64,000 bases of DNA from Eubacteriales bacterium (GCA_045127215.1 JBGVPV010000067.1:272-64271); one strand, 5' to 3'. Numbered from the stretch's first letter, positions 1 through 9,305 are shown. Numbers and translations: made by a program. The notes: generated by a model not told the origin, from the sequence alone.

Positions 1-1116
1 GAGGATGCAGCTAAAGTGGTTCGTTATATTTTCGACCTCTGCCTTCAAGGTCTTGGACCGACGAAGATCGGACGTAGATTAGAGAACGAACAAATACTCT
101 CACCAACGGCTTACTTTATATCAGTGGGGCGTAAAACATCTAAAGATGTATCGAAACGCGGTGAATATGCTTGGACAACAAGTAGTATTGAGCATATCTT
201 GGCAAACCGACAGTACACAGGATGCACGGTCAATTTCAAAACTACTCTCGTCAGCTATAAAGTACACAAGACGGTTCACAACCCCGAGGAAGAATGGCAG
301 ATCATTCCTAATACGCAAGAAGCTATTATTGATGAGGATACCTTCAATCGCGTTCAAGAATTACGAGAGAACCGTAGAAGGAATACCGCTACGGGCAGAG
401 AAAGTCTGTTTTCGGGACTGCTTTACTGTGCTGATTGCAAATCCAAGCTTTATTTCTGTGCGGCAAAGAGCGTCGATGAAAATCAAGAATTTCATCGATG
501 CTCCGCATACAAAGAAAACCGAGGAACTTGCTCTATCCACTTTATTCGTGAGGTGGTTTTGAGAGAAACGATGCTTGAGCTTGTCAGACGAGTTGCAATA
601 TTCATTCAGCAGTACGAAGCGGTGTTTCTCTATATGTATTCCAAAAAGCACAGCTTAGCCAAGGCAGCCAATATGAGAACGTTAAAGGCAAATATCGAAA
701 AAAGTCAGCGAAGAATCGTGGAGCTTGATAAACTTATTGAGCGTATTTATGAGGATAACGTTCTCGGTAAAATTCCCGACGAGAGATTTTCTAAGATGAT
801 GGGTAATTATGAAGCGGAGCAAAAGGAACTGATAGCGTTTACGGCAAAGGCTGAAGAAACCTTAAAGGCAGCGGAGCAAGACAAGGTGGATCTTCGCGTT
901 TTTCTTGAAACCATTCGTAAGTGTACCGATATTAAGGAGCTAACTCCCGAAATCGTTAATCGACTTATAAGACGCATTGAAGTTCACAAGAGCGCGAAGA
1001 TAGACGGAAGAAAGCGCGTAAAGCTTGATGTTTATTTTACCGCTGTCGGACTGATTGACATTCCCGATGAAAAGGAATTGATTGAATTGATGGAAGAAAT
1101 CCGTAGAACCGCGTAA
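1..1116 (+). CDS. Large serine recombinase, C-terminal portion (5' end lies left of the window)
   Basis: Frame 1 is open from base 1 (EDAAKV precedes the tracked start at 16). It shows the large-serine-recombinase layout: a Cys cluster (LLYCADCKSKLYF...FHRCSAYKENRGTCS) followed by a long coiled-coil tail (KANIEKSQRRIVELDKLIERIYEDN). Family recalled from TndX/SpoIVCA/CcrB-like proteins. Confidence 0.8.
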   Translation, partial: EDAAKVVRYIFDLCLQGLGPTKIGRRLENEQILSPTAYFISVGRKTSKDVSKRGEYAWTTSSIEHILANRQYTGCTVNFKTTLVSYKVHKTVHNPEEEWQIIPNTQEAIIDEDTFNRVQELRENRRRNTATGRESLFSGLLYCADCKSKLYFCAAKSVDENQEFHRCSAYKENRGTCSIHFIREVVLRETMLELVRRVAIFIQQYEAVFLYMYSKKHSLAKAANMRTLKANIEKSQRRIVELDKLIERIYEDNVLGKIPDERFSKMMGNYEAEQKELIAFTAKAEETLKAAEQDKVDLRVFLETIRKCTDIKELTPEIVNRLIRRIEVHKSAKIDGRKRVKLDVYFTAVGLIDIPDEKELIELMEEIRRTA

Positions 1117-1121
1117 GATCT

Positions 1122-1171
1122 AAAAAAGCAAGAATACGGCATATCTCTTGCGAAATATACCGTATTCTTGC
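1122..1171 (-). terminator. Long hairpin just after the recombinase stop; terminator-shaped for a leftward transcript
   Basis: Arms gcaagaatacggcatat (1128-1144) and atataccgtattcttgc (1155-1171) pair with one mismatch. An A-run lies at 1122-1127, which is a T-run on the minus strand. The right end of the recombinase-bearing element is expected nearby. Confidence 0.4.
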
Positions 1172-1274
1172 AAAACTGTCCTTCCGAACGACGAGCGTCA
1201 GCTACCGATTTTTTGTTTTTCATGCGTTATTTCTGCATTTTATGCCATAAAATCTACCACTTATCAAAAAACTC

Positions 1275-1303
1275 TTTACAAATAATGAGAAAAATGATAA
1301 AAT
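1275..1303 (+). promoter_or_regulatory. Sigma-A-type promoter for the LytTR gene pair
   Basis: TTTACA (1275-1280), 17-nt spacer, TAAAAT (1298-1303) preceded by TGa (extended -10). Confidence 0.5.
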
Positions 1304-1326
1304 CAATACATCGGAGGTGATGTAGC

Positions 1327-1782
1327 TTGAGGATAAAAATAGAGATCTCAGACGAGAGTGAGGAGATAATCATTCGTTGCCGTGAGCATGATGATAAGAT
1401 CCTTGAAATTGAGCGCGCTATTGATAACGTTCTCAAAGGAAACGGCGAAATGGTGCTGTACTCCTCGGGTACGGAATTTTACGTTGCCAAAAGCGATATT
1501 TTATTCTTTGAAAGTGAAGGGGATAAAATATACGCGCAGACCGCAGGCAAAAGATACGTCACAACGTATAAGCTTTTCGAGCTTGAGGATCTGATGCCGA
1601 GTTATTTCGTGCGCATCTCAAAATCTACTATCGCCAACGTCAAGGCGATATCCTCGATGAGACGAGAGGTTATAGGAAACGGTGAGATCACGTTTAAAAA
1701 TTGCGAAAGACGCGCGTATTTCTCCCGTGGATATTTTAAGAGTTTAAGAGAAAAAATCGATGAAGTGAGGTTTGGAAAATGA
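1327..1782 (+). CDS. Stand-alone LytTR-domain DNA-binding regulator (no receiver domain)
   Basis: TTG start preceded by GGAGGTGA. The C-terminal two thirds read as a LytTR domain (ILFFESEGDKIYAQTAGKRYVTTYKLFELEDLMPSYFVRISKSTIANVKAI). At 151 aa it is too short to include a response-regulator receiver. Confidence 0.75.
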   Translation: MRIKIEISDESEEIIIRCREHDDKILEIERAIDNVLKGNGEMVLYSSGTEFYVAKSDILFFESEGDKIYAQTAGKRYVTTYKLFELEDLMPSYFVRISKSTIANVKAISSMRREVIGNGEITFKNCERRAYFSRGYFKSLREKIDEVRFGK

Positions 1783-2501
1783 AAATATCAAAAATAGTTT
1801 TGGGACTTGTGTTAATAGCGGCTGCCGTTTTGTTGATCTTAGAGGCGCTTGGCATTATATTGCCGATAACCGGTATGGTCGGAGAAATAGGATTCTGGCA
1901 AGCGGTAGGCGGAATATTCCTGATTTGCGGCATAGGCTCGCTTTTGAAGTCGGGAAAGTTTTGGGAAATATTCGTGCCGCTCGGCTTCTTGTTTATGATA
2001 TTTGAAAAAAATATCGCGTTTATTTGCGGTATAGAGAACGAGAATTTCATTAACAACTGGCTGGTATTCGGCTGTTCACTTTTACTTAGCGCAGGATTTA
2101 TGTTTATTTTTCCTGATAGAAAGAAAAAGAGGAAAAAGGATAAAAAAAGCAAATCGGGCGTGTTCGTTCACGTAAAGGACAACGAATTTGGCGCGGCTGT
2201 TGCATATATCGACTGTGAGGAATTTGGTAACACGGTGATGGAGCATAGCGTCAAAAACAAATTCGGCGCGCTTGAAGTGCGTTTTGATAACGTGGAATGC
2301 TATAAGGGCGGAGCTACCTTGTACGTAGAAAACCGTCTCGGCGCTCTGGAGATATGCATACCTAAGACCTGGAAGGTCGTTGATAAGATAGACGTAAGAC
2401 TCGGTGTTATCGATCTTGATGATGCTGAAGAGCAGGACGGTCCTACTCTTATAATTGACGGTGAGGTTTCCTTGGGCGCTATTGATATTGAGAGAATATA
2501 A
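1779..2501 (+). CDS. Membrane protein with LiaF-like/DUF2154-type C-terminal domain, translationally coupled to the LytTR gene
   Basis: ATGA overlap with the upstream stop. There are about 4 N-terminal TM helices, a KKKRKKDKK linker, then a beta-rich repeat tail (GALEVRFDN...GALEICIPKTW...LGVIDLD...LGAIDIE) like LiaF C-terminal domains. Confidence 0.6.
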   Translation: MKISKIVLGLVLIAAAVLLILEALGIILPITGMVGEIGFWQAVGGIFLICGIGSLLKSGKFWEIFVPLGFLFMIFEKNIAFICGIENENFINNWLVFGCSLLLSAGFMFIFPDRKKKRKKDKKSKSGVFVHVKDNEFGAAVAYIDCEEFGNTVMEHSVKNKFGALEVRFDNVECYKGGATLYVENRLGALEICIPKTWKVVDKIDVRLGVIDLDDAEEQDGPTLIIDGEVSLGAIDIERI

Positions 2502-2507
2502 AATTTA

Positions 2508-2549
2508 ACGTCATCACAAGCGAATGTGCGCTTGTGATGACGTTTTTTT
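2508..2549 (+). terminator. Rho-independent terminator
   Basis: A 15-bp perfect stem (2508-2522 with 2529-2543) followed by a T-run. Confidence 0.8.
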
Positions 2550-2635
2550 GTTATAAAAACGTGCCAACAATTGTTTTAAATTTAATAAATTATATCGGGA
2601 ATAATATTATCAGTTGAAAGAAAGGAGGTTAAAAA

Positions 2636-3409
2636 ATGAGCAAAAAAGTTTTGTTTTCCGTTATGATTTTGTTAATTATATCCGCTATGTCAATAAACGT
2701 ATTAGCTTCAGACAGTAAGAGCTGGTATTGCAAAAGAAACAGTGAACACAAGCAACCCGTTCTTGATTCTGGTATGCGGTTTATAGAGCAATATGGTGGA
2801 TACTACGTTGACCGCGCGCATGCTGACGATTGCTCTGATAAGGTGGTATATCTGACCTTTGATGCGGGGTATGAGAACGGAAACGTCGAAAAAATACTCG
2901 ACGTTTTAGCAAAAAAACAAGTAAAGGGCGCATTTTTTGTTTTGGGGCATCTTGTGGAAGATAACACTTCTCTCGTGATGCGTATGGCAAACGACGGACA
3001 TCTGGTGTGCAACCACACGTACAGTCATCCCGATATGTCAAAGAAGTCTACGTTCGAAGAATTCAAGACGGAAATTTCCGCGCTTGAAGATGTTTACCGC
3101 GAGAAAACGGGCAGGGAGCTTTGCAAATTCTTCCGCCCACCTGAAGGACGATTTTCCGAAAAGACACTTGAGTTTGCGAATGAATTAGGATATAAAACTA
3201 TATTCTGGAGCTTTGCGTATGCCGATTGGGATAATAATTCTCAGATGCCGTACGATGCCGCAAAGCGTAAGATACTTGATAATATTCATAACGGAGCTAT
3301 AATTTTGCTGCATCCTACTTCTGCAACTAACGCCGCCATTCTCGGTGATATCATTGATGAGCTTAAAGCTCAGGGCTATCGCTTTGGTACACTTGATGAG
3401 TTGGTGTGA
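2636..3409 (+). CDS. pdaA: Polysaccharide deacetylase, PdaA-type (delta-lactam-biosynthetic de-N-acetylase, spore cortex)
   Basis: Signal peptide, then NodB-domain motifs (YLTFDAGYENG, NHTYSHPDM, FRPPEG, ILLHP). The stretch SWYCKRNSEHKQP...YY matches my memory of B. subtilis PdaA. RBS GGAGG lies upstream. Confidence 0.8.
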   Translation: MSKKVLFSVMILLIISAMSINVLASDSKSWYCKRNSEHKQPVLDSGMRFIEQYGGYYVDRAHADDCSDKVVYLTFDAGYENGNVEKILDVLAKKQVKGAFFVLGHLVEDNTSLVMRMANDGHLVCNHTYSHPDMSKKSTFEEFKTEISALEDVYREKTGRELCKFFRPPEGRFSEKTLEFANELGYKTIFWSFAYADWDNNSQMPYDAAKRKILDNIHNGAIILLHPTSATNAAILGDIIDELKAQGYRFGTLDELV

Positions 3410-3413
3410 CAAA

Positions 3414-3456
3414 GTAAAAAATCAGGCTGTGCGTTTATACGCACAGCCTGTAAGCT
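3414..3456. terminator. Bidirectional terminator between pdaA and the pot operon
   Basis: Stem caggctgtgcg (3423-3433) with cgcacagcctg (3440-3450). It is flanked by an A-run on the left and T-rich sequence on the right. Confidence 0.7.
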
Positions 3457-5634
3457 TTAAAATCTTCTTTTTTTCTTTTTGTTGACGAGTGTCACGGTTG
3501 TAATAACTGCAACGATTATCGCAACTACGATAAGTGAAACTATCTCGGACGAAACAGCATCATCCACCGCGCCTTCTTCGCCTTCAATAACGACTCCGGT
3601 CTTGAATTTTTCCCACAGGGAATTCAGATATTGCTTGGTATCCTTATCAAGATCCTTGTAGCAGTTGGCGTCGTATTTCTCGGCAAAATTAAAGTTGTCG
3701 GGGTAGAGTATTGCTATTGCGTCCTCTCCCATATCCTCAATATAGGTCTCGTTATTATAAACGAGCGAGTTGGGGGAAGCGTAGCAGATGTATTCGGCGT
3801 TGGCGATAGCGGCTTCTTCTGAGAGCATAAAGTTGATATATGCCTCAGCGAGATCCTTGTTTTGAGCGCAGGTAGGAATACACATAGCGTCAACAAAGAG
3901 GTTGGTGTTTTCGGGATAATAGAATTGCAGGTCGACGTTTTCCGCCTGATTTTCGATCATCGTAAGATAATCTCCCGCGTAGTACGCACCGATTGCAGCC
4001 TCTCCGGATTCCATTATGTTGAATATTTCATCCATAACGAGCTTTTTGAGTAAGGGCTTCTGGCTTTGAAGCTCCTTAAGACCCTGATCCCAAATTGCGC
4101 GGTCGGAGGTGTTGACGTCAAGTCCAAGCTTGTAAAATGCTGATCCGAATGCGTCACGCGCGTTGTTGAACTGTACGATCTGCCCCGAATATTTAGAATT
4201 CCACATAAGATCCCACGAGCCAATATCATTCTCGTCTACACGGTTAGCGTCGTAAATAACGCCTACCATTCCGTAGGTGTAGGGAACAGAGTACTTATTA
4301 TCGGGATCGTAGTAGAGATTTCTGAAATCATCGGAAATACAATCCTTATAGTTGGGAATATTATCGTAATTCAACTCCATAAGATAGCCCTCGTTTGCAA
4401 GTCGTGCTATCATATAGTCGGAGGGGATAATAACGTCGTAGCTTACGGCCTCGGAGGATAGCTTTGCATAAAGGTCTTCGTTAGAGGTGTAAGTCACGTA
4501 GTTTACCTTAACCTTCATCCCAAGAGTCTCTCGACAATACTCTTCAAACGCTTCGTTAACGTCGAGCGTGCCCTCAGAGCCGTCGGAGATATATTCGCCC
4601 CAGTTGTATACGTTGAGCGTGATAGTATCCTTGGAATAAACGCTTATCATAACACACGTGGACACTATGAAAACGAAAGCGCATATTACGGCAACAAGCT
4701 TTCCCGTATACGCGGGAAGTGTCTTCTGACGCGTTTTGTGCGCGTTTGCCGTGACGTGTGCGTCGTCTGCCTTGCTTGATTTGTGCTTCTTGGCGTCCTC
4801 GATAGCCGCCTTACGCTTTTTATCAGCCTTTTTCTTTTTAGCTTCCAGACGCTCAGCAGAGGATTTTTCTCTGTTGGTGATAAGAAGCAGGGTGAGAATT
4901 ATTACGAAAACGATAGACGAAAGCGCGTATATCGTAGGCTTTACGGATTTCTTTGTCATACTGTAAATAAGTATAGGCAAGGTCTGGAAATCCGTACCCG
5001 AGGTAAAGTAGCTGATTACAAAGTCGTCAAAGGATAAAGTGAAGGACATTGTAAGTCCTGTTATGATACCGGGAAGTATTGCGGGGAGCTGAACCTTGAA
5101 AAACGACTGCATCGGAGTGCAACCAAGGTCAAGCGCCGCCTCGGGTAATGCCTTGCTCATCTGTTTGAACTTGGGGAGTACGTTGAGAATAACGTAGGGC
5201 AAGCAAAACGTTACGTGAGCTATAAGCATAGTCCAAAAATTAAGCTTTGTGCTAAGTCCTATAATTCCACCTACGAAAACGAAGAGGAACATCATGGATA
5301 TACCCGTTATGATCTCGGGATTCATCAACGGAATATTCGTGACGGTCATAAGTGACTGACGCAAATATTTGTTTTTCATGTGATGAATTCCAAATGCCGC
5401 GGCAGTTCCGATCACGGTTGCTATCGCGGATGCCGTTACGGCAAGAATGAGCGAGTTCCTGAGGGCATTCAGTATTTCACTGTTTTCTATAAGCTCCGCG
5501 TACCATTTGTATGAAAATCCCGAAAAAACTGCGGTACTTTTTCCTTCATTGAAGGAAAAGAATATCATTACGAGTATAGGAGCGAACAGCAGGAAGAGAA
5601 TGAGTCCGATGTAAAATTTAGAAAATTTTTTCAT
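3457..5634 (-). CDS. Fused spermidine/putrescine ABC permease (PotC-like) plus substrate-binding protein (PotD-like), with an extra C-terminal TM anchor
   Basis: Residues 1 to ~265 are a 6-TM binding-protein-dependent permease with an EAA-loop-like motif (EAALDLGCTPMQSFFKVQLP). A Lys-rich linker and one TM follow. Then comes a ~370-aa PotD-like domain (LNVYNWGEYI..., VPYTYG). The protein ends with TM IVSLIVVAIIVAVITTVTLV plus KKKKRRF. Confidence 0.8.
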   Translation of the reverse strand: MKKFSKFYIGLILFLLFAPILVMIFFSFNEGKSTAVFSGFSYKWYAELIENSEILNALRNSLILAVTASAIATVIGTAAAFGIHHMKNKYLRQSLMTVTNIPLMNPEIITGISMMFLFVFVGGIIGLSTKLNFWTMLIAHVTFCLPYVILNVLPKFKQMSKALPEAALDLGCTPMQSFFKVQLPAILPGIITGLTMSFTLSFDDFVISYFTSGTDFQTLPILIYSMTKKSVKPTIYALSSIVFVIILTLLLITNREKSSAERLEAKKKKADKKRKAAIEDAKKHKSSKADDAHVTANAHKTRQKTLPAYTGKLVAVICAFVFIVSTCVMISVYSKDTITLNVYNWGEYISDGSEGTLDVNEAFEEYCRETLGMKVKVNYVTYTSNEDLYAKLSSEAVSYDVIIPSDYMIARLANEGYLMELNYDNIPNYKDCISDDFRNLYYDPDNKYSVPYTYGMVGVIYDANRVDENDIGSWDLMWNSKYSGQIVQFNNARDAFGSAFYKLGLDVNTSDRAIWDQGLKELQSQKPLLKKLVMDEIFNIMESGEAAIGAYYAGDYLTMIENQAENVDLQFYYPENTNLFVDAMCIPTCAQNKDLAEAYINFMLSEEAAIANAEYICYASPNSLVYNNETYIEDMGEDAIAILYPDNFNFAEKYDANCYKDLDKDTKQYLNSLWEKFKTGVVIEGEEGAVDDAVSSEIVSLIVVAIIVAVITTVTLVNKKKKRRF

Positions 5635-6485
5635 ATTATCATTCCACCTCCCTCATCGTTGTCGGTGTAGTGATTTACAATAGCCAATCCCACGATAAGT
5701 ATGAGCATAAGCACAAACGAAAGGGAAGCGGTCATATTGTAATTGGAAGCGGTATAATGCTGCTCTATAATATCACCGATAAGGAGAGTATCAACTCCGC
5801 CGAGCTTCTGGGAAATATAGAACGTGCTTATTGAGGGTACGAATACCATTGTTACACCCGAAATTACACCGGAGATGCTAAGGGGAAGTATCACCTTGCA
5901 CAAAACTCCGAATCCGTTACAGCCAAGATCGGACGCGGCTTCGATAAGCCTGTGATCCATCTTGGACATAACCGAATAAATGGGCAGTATCATATACGGC
6001 AAAAAGTCGTAAACCATACCGATCACAACGGCAGTTTCAGTTCCGATGATATGAATAGGCTCAAGTCCTATGGCGCTGAGGATCGAGTTGATAATACCCG
6101 TATCCTGCAACAAAGTCATAAGCGCGTAGGTTCTGATAAGGAAGTTCATCCACATGGGAAGCATAAGCAGAACCACGAGCAGCTTTTGAGTTTTAGGCTT
6201 GCAGGTGGTTATAAAATACGCCACGGGATAACCGAGCAGTAAGCATATTGCCGTAGCAATTATTGCAAGTCTTACTGATTTCCAGAAGATGAGCAAGTAG
6301 TCCTTTGTGAAAAAGGCGGAAATATTGCTCATTGTAAAGGAATTGGTGCTTACGTCAGTAAATGCATAATATGCAACGAATATCAGGGGAACGAGTATAA
6401 AAAGCACAGACCAAACGATATGGGGAGCTGCCGCATATCGCTGTAAAAGCGATCTGTGAGGCTTTACAGATACGTTTCGTGTCAT
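5631..6485 (-). CDS. potB: Spermidine/putrescine ABC transporter permease PotB
   Basis: 6-TM permease with the EAA loop [21 protein letters not shown]. It overlaps both neighbouring genes by 4 nt. Confidence 0.85.
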   Translation of the reverse strand: MTRNVSVKPHRSLLQRYAAAPHIVWSVLFILVPLIFVAYYAFTDVSTNSFTMSNISAFFTKDYLLIFWKSVRLAIIATAICLLLGYPVAYFITTCKPKTQKLLVVLLMLPMWMNFLIRTYALMTLLQDTGIINSILSAIGLEPIHIIGTETAVVIGMVYDFLPYMILPIYSVMSKMDHRLIEAASDLGCNGFGVLCKVILPLSISGVISGVTMVFVPSISTFYISQKLGGVDTLLIGDIIEQHYTASNYNMTASLSFVLMLILIVGLAIVNHYTDNDEGGGMII

Positions 6486-7603
6486 TCCTCGTCGTCCTCC
6501 GTGACTTCGGACAGATGGTCCATTTCGTCAGAGAAGGTAGAATAGTCACCAAACATATTGGAATACTCGGATCTTTTCATGATATGTATCGCATCGGGTT
6601 CAATATATACGCCGATGGTAGAGTCAGGAGCAACGTAGTCCGTAGTCTGTATCATCCACTTGAAGCCGTCGATATCAACGATGACCTCGTAGTGAACACC
6701 CTTGAATGTAACCGAGGTTACAAGTCCCGAGAGCATACCTTTTTCTACGGGAACGACGTCAACGTCCTCAGGACGAACTACAACGTCGACCGCCTCGTTA
6801 GGCGCAAATCCGCCGTCAAGGCACTCAAAAACGTGAGATGCGAATTTAACGGAGAAGTCCTTCAGCATAACGCCGTCAAGAATATTGGATTCACCGATAA
6901 AGTCTGCAACGAATGCGTTTACCGGCTCGTTGTAAATATCAATAGGAGTGCCGATCTGCTGTATCTTACCGTTAGCCATAACTACTACGGTGTCAGACAT
7001 AGAGAGCGCTTCTTCCTGGTCGTGTGTTACGTAAATAAAGGTAATTCCCGTTTTTGTCTGAATGTTCTTAAGCTCGACCTGCATGTCCTTACGGAGCTTG
7101 AGGTCAAGCGCGGCGAGAGGCTCGTCCAAAAGGAGAACCTTAGGCTCGTTGATAAGTGCACGCGCGATAGCAACTCGCTGCTGCTGACCGCCGGAGAGCA
7201 GAGAAACGTTACGGCGTTCAAAGCCGCGAAGGTTTACAAGCTCGAGCATTGCGGCAACTCGCTCTGCGATCTCCTGTTCCTTAACCTTCTTTATACGCAG
7301 ACCGAACGCGATATTATCATATACGTTCAGATGCGGGAAAAGCGCATATCTCTGGAAAACGGTGTTTACGTTTCTTTTGTATGCGGGAACGTCATTTATA
7401 AGTTGACCGTCAAAATACACCTCTCCGTCATCCGGGACTTCAAAGCCTCCGATTATACGCAGAGTAGTGGTTTTTCCACAGCCGGAAGGACCAAGAAAGG
7501 TAATGAATTCGTGGTCGTAAATGTCAAGGTCAATGTTAGATAATACCTGCTCGCCGTCAAACGCCTTGCAGATATTTTTGAGTTCTATCAGCTTTCTTTT
7601 CAT
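6482..7603 (-). CDS. potA: Spermidine/putrescine ABC transporter ATP-binding protein PotA
   Basis: Walker [10 protein letters not shown], signature LSGGQQQR, Walker B LLLDEP, and a TOBE-like C-terminus. I moved the start to ATG 7603 ([11 protein letters not shown]), which follows AGGAG. The tracked start at 7699 adds an implausible leader. Confidence 0.9.
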   Translation of the reverse strand: MKRKLIELKNICKAFDGEQVLSNIDLDIYDHEFITFLGPSGCGKTTTLRIIGGFEVPDDGEVYFDGQLINDVPAYKRNVNTVFQRYALFPHLNVYDNIAFGLRIKKVKEQEIAERVAAMLELVNLRGFERRNVSLLSGGQQQRVAIARALINEPKVLLLDEPLAALDLKLRKDMQVELKNIQTKTGITFIYVTHDQEEALSMSDTVVVMANGKIQQIGTPIDIYNEPVNAFVADFIGESNILDGVMLKDFSVKFASHVFECLDGGFAPNEAVDVVVRPEDVDVVPVEKGMLSGLVTSVTFKGVHYEVIVDIDGFKWMIQTTDYVAPDSTIGVYIEPDAIHIMKRSEYSNMFGDYSTFSDEMDHLSEVTEDDEE

Positions 7604-7831
7604 TCCACATAAAAGCTCCTTTGAATAAATAGAATGGGGGCAGCAAAAAAGCAAAAAACGCCCATTAAATATTGTAGCAGATTTTGATATAAAATGCAAT
7701 ATATTTTCTAAAAAATTCTTTAAAATATGCCATATCTTTTAATTATTCGGGATTATTCCGAATAAAAAAGCATAATTTTACAAAAATCTTTGTTTTTCTC
7801 TTTAAATCTCCCGAATTCTTTAAAATGCTCT

Positions 7832-8407
7832 TTAAGAATCGGGGAGAAAAATTTTGGCAAAAACAGCAACCGAAAAAACGAACAGGGAAACGGATGAGGA
7901 GATTTTAAGAAGTAAGTAGACCGATACCGACCACAATGTAAATATCAGTATAAATGAGGTGAGGTTGAGTATGCTTTCCACGGTCTTCGGCGATAGCTTG
8001 CATAAAAGAAGTGAGGAAAATATTCTGCCGCCGTCAAAGCTTTTTATCGGCAGCAGATTCAGTATCCCGAGTGAGAGAGAGTATAGCCAAAATGAGCGGC
8101 AAAGCACTGAAGCGTCGCAAAAAGGATATATGATCAGCGCTGACAGAAAATTTGCAAGCGGTCCGCCGATGCACATTATACATTCCTTCATATAAGAATA
8201 CAGTGATCGTTGTACAACGATAGTCGCCCCTAAAAATCCGAGCTTGAATTGATCCGGGCTGATGCCGCATAGCCTTGCCGCGAGTAAGTGTCCGAGCTCG
8301 TGTACGGTAACGGCAAGTATTATTGCGGGGGCAATTTGGGGTGAAAAATATAACGTTACTAACAGCAAAAATACGAATAAAAGGCTCACGTGTATTTTTG
8401 ATCTCAT
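7832..8407 (-). CDS. Small site-2 protease (peptidase M50) family membrane protein
   Basis: HELGH within a TM helix plus the second S2P motif NLLPIKSFDGG. It has about 6 TM helices in 191 aa and no PDZ or CBS domain. Confidence 0.7.
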   Translation of the reverse strand: MRSKIHVSLLFVFLLLVTLYFSPQIAPAIILAVTVHELGHLLAARLCGISPDQFKLGFLGATIVVQRSLYSYMKECIMCIGGPLANFLSALIIYPFCDASVLCRSFWLYSLSLGILNLLPIKSFDGGRIFSSLLLCKLSPKTVESILNLTSFILIFTLWSVSVYLLLKISSSVSLFVFSVAVFAKIFLPDS

Positions 8408-8502
8408 ATCTGCGTATCTCCTTAATAAGTTTTTATTGCAAATATATGAGCTTTGTGATATAATTATTTTATCAGGAAAACTTGTGGATATAGGAGAACA
8501 AA

Positions 8503-9039
8503 ATGAAAAAGCAATTCTTTGTCAACTCATTGATATATTTTATCGCAATAGTTGCGGCGTGCCTTGTGAACTTTATCGGAGTTTCGTCACTCGCAGTAAA
8601 AATAGTAAATCTGTTTATAGTCGTGGATTTTTATATCTCGGCAATCATTTCTTCGGCGGTCGCATTTATGGTCTTAGGGGGAGTTGTTGGGGCGCTGGCG
8701 TATTTTGAAGCGTTTAAGAGTGAGGAATTCGCTCCGGCAAAGCTTTTTGGAACCGTTTCGGCAGCCGGAGTATTCCATCTTGCTATTTCCACCCTTATGG
8801 GTTTTCATCCGTTTATAGCGGGTGGTACTAAGTATCTTGCAGGCCTTATCAGTATGGGTGAGAAGTTTGACTCAGCAGGCAGCGCCGCAGATATTTACTT
8901 GTGGGAATATCTTGCCGCATTTGCAATATATTTGGTTTTTGAGATAATTGCCGTAGAGCTTGGCGCATACCTGGGCAAGCGCAGGAGAGCACAGCAGAAG
9001 GAGTCCTTGACAGCCTCAACTGATGATCTGAGAGCATAA
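8503..9039 (+). CDS. Hypothetical integral membrane protein
   Basis: ATG start with upstream GGAGAA. There are about 5 hydrophobic helices. No motif recognised. Confidence 0.5.
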   Translation: MKKQFFVNSLIYFIAIVAACLVNFIGVSSLAVKIVNLFIVVDFYISAIISSAVAFMVLGGVVGALAYFEAFKSEEFAPAKLFGTVSAAGVFHLAISTLMGFHPFIAGGTKYLAGLISMGEKFDSAGSAADIYLWEYLAAFAIYLVFEIIAVELGAYLGKRRRAQQKESLTASTDDLRA

Positions 9040-9126
9040 AACTCAGGTTATTTCGCAGTGCAAAATGGCACGTTCTAATACGTGCAAAAAAATAATAATT
9101 TTTTCAAAAAAATTTTGAAAAAGGTA

Positions 9127-9154
9127 TTGACATTTTTGAAAAAAAGAGTATAAT
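9127..9154 (+). promoter_or_regulatory. Sigma-A-type promoter for tRNA-Leu
   Basis: TTGACA (9127-9132), 16-nt spacer, TATAAT (9149-9154), about 30 nt upstream of the tRNA. Confidence 0.55.
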
Positions 9155-9184
9155 ATATATGTTGCCGTTAAAACGGTGGCAAAC

Positions 9185-9268
9185 GCGAGAGTGGCGGAAC
9201 TGGCAGACGCGCACGTTTGAGGGGCGTGTGGTTACACCGTACGGGTTCAAGTCCCGTTTCTCGCACCA
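9185..9268 (+). tRNA. tRNA-Leu (anticodon GAG), class II with long variable arm, CCA encoded
   Basis: Folded by hand. The acceptor arm gcgagag pairs with ttctcgc. The anticodon stem cacgt pairs with gcgtg, with loop ttGAGgg. There is a long variable arm, a T-arm acggg-ttcaagt-cccgt, and discriminator a plus CCA at 9265-9268. Confidence 0.85.
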
Positions 9269-9272
9269 AAAC

Positions 9273-9305
9273 AAAAGGACACCAATAGGTGTCCTTTTTG
9301 TTTTG
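9273..9305 (+). terminator. Rho-independent terminator after tRNA-Leu
   Basis: aaaaggacacc (9273-9283), loop aata, ggtgtcctttt (9288-9298), then a T-run. Confidence 0.8.

Noticed and set aside
1032-1223. 63-aa - strand ORF starting at ATG 1223
   Set aside because: It is not a credible intact gene. It has no RBS, it runs through a 17-bp hairpin, and it continues into the recombinase gene on the other strand. I kept it only as a possible 5' stub of a gene cut by the left element (see findings).
4790-4880. Lys/Ala-rich low-complexity stretch on the minus strand, considered as a gene boundary or frameshift between potC and potD
   Set aside because: The frame stays open through it with no stop, and a TM segment follows. 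This is consistent with a genuine linker in a fusion protein. It should still be confirmed against reads.
6479-7543. 354-aa ORF on the + strand
   Set aside because: It lies entirely antisense to potA, whose ABC motifs are unambiguous. It has no RBS and no recognisable motif, so it is a typical shadow ORF.
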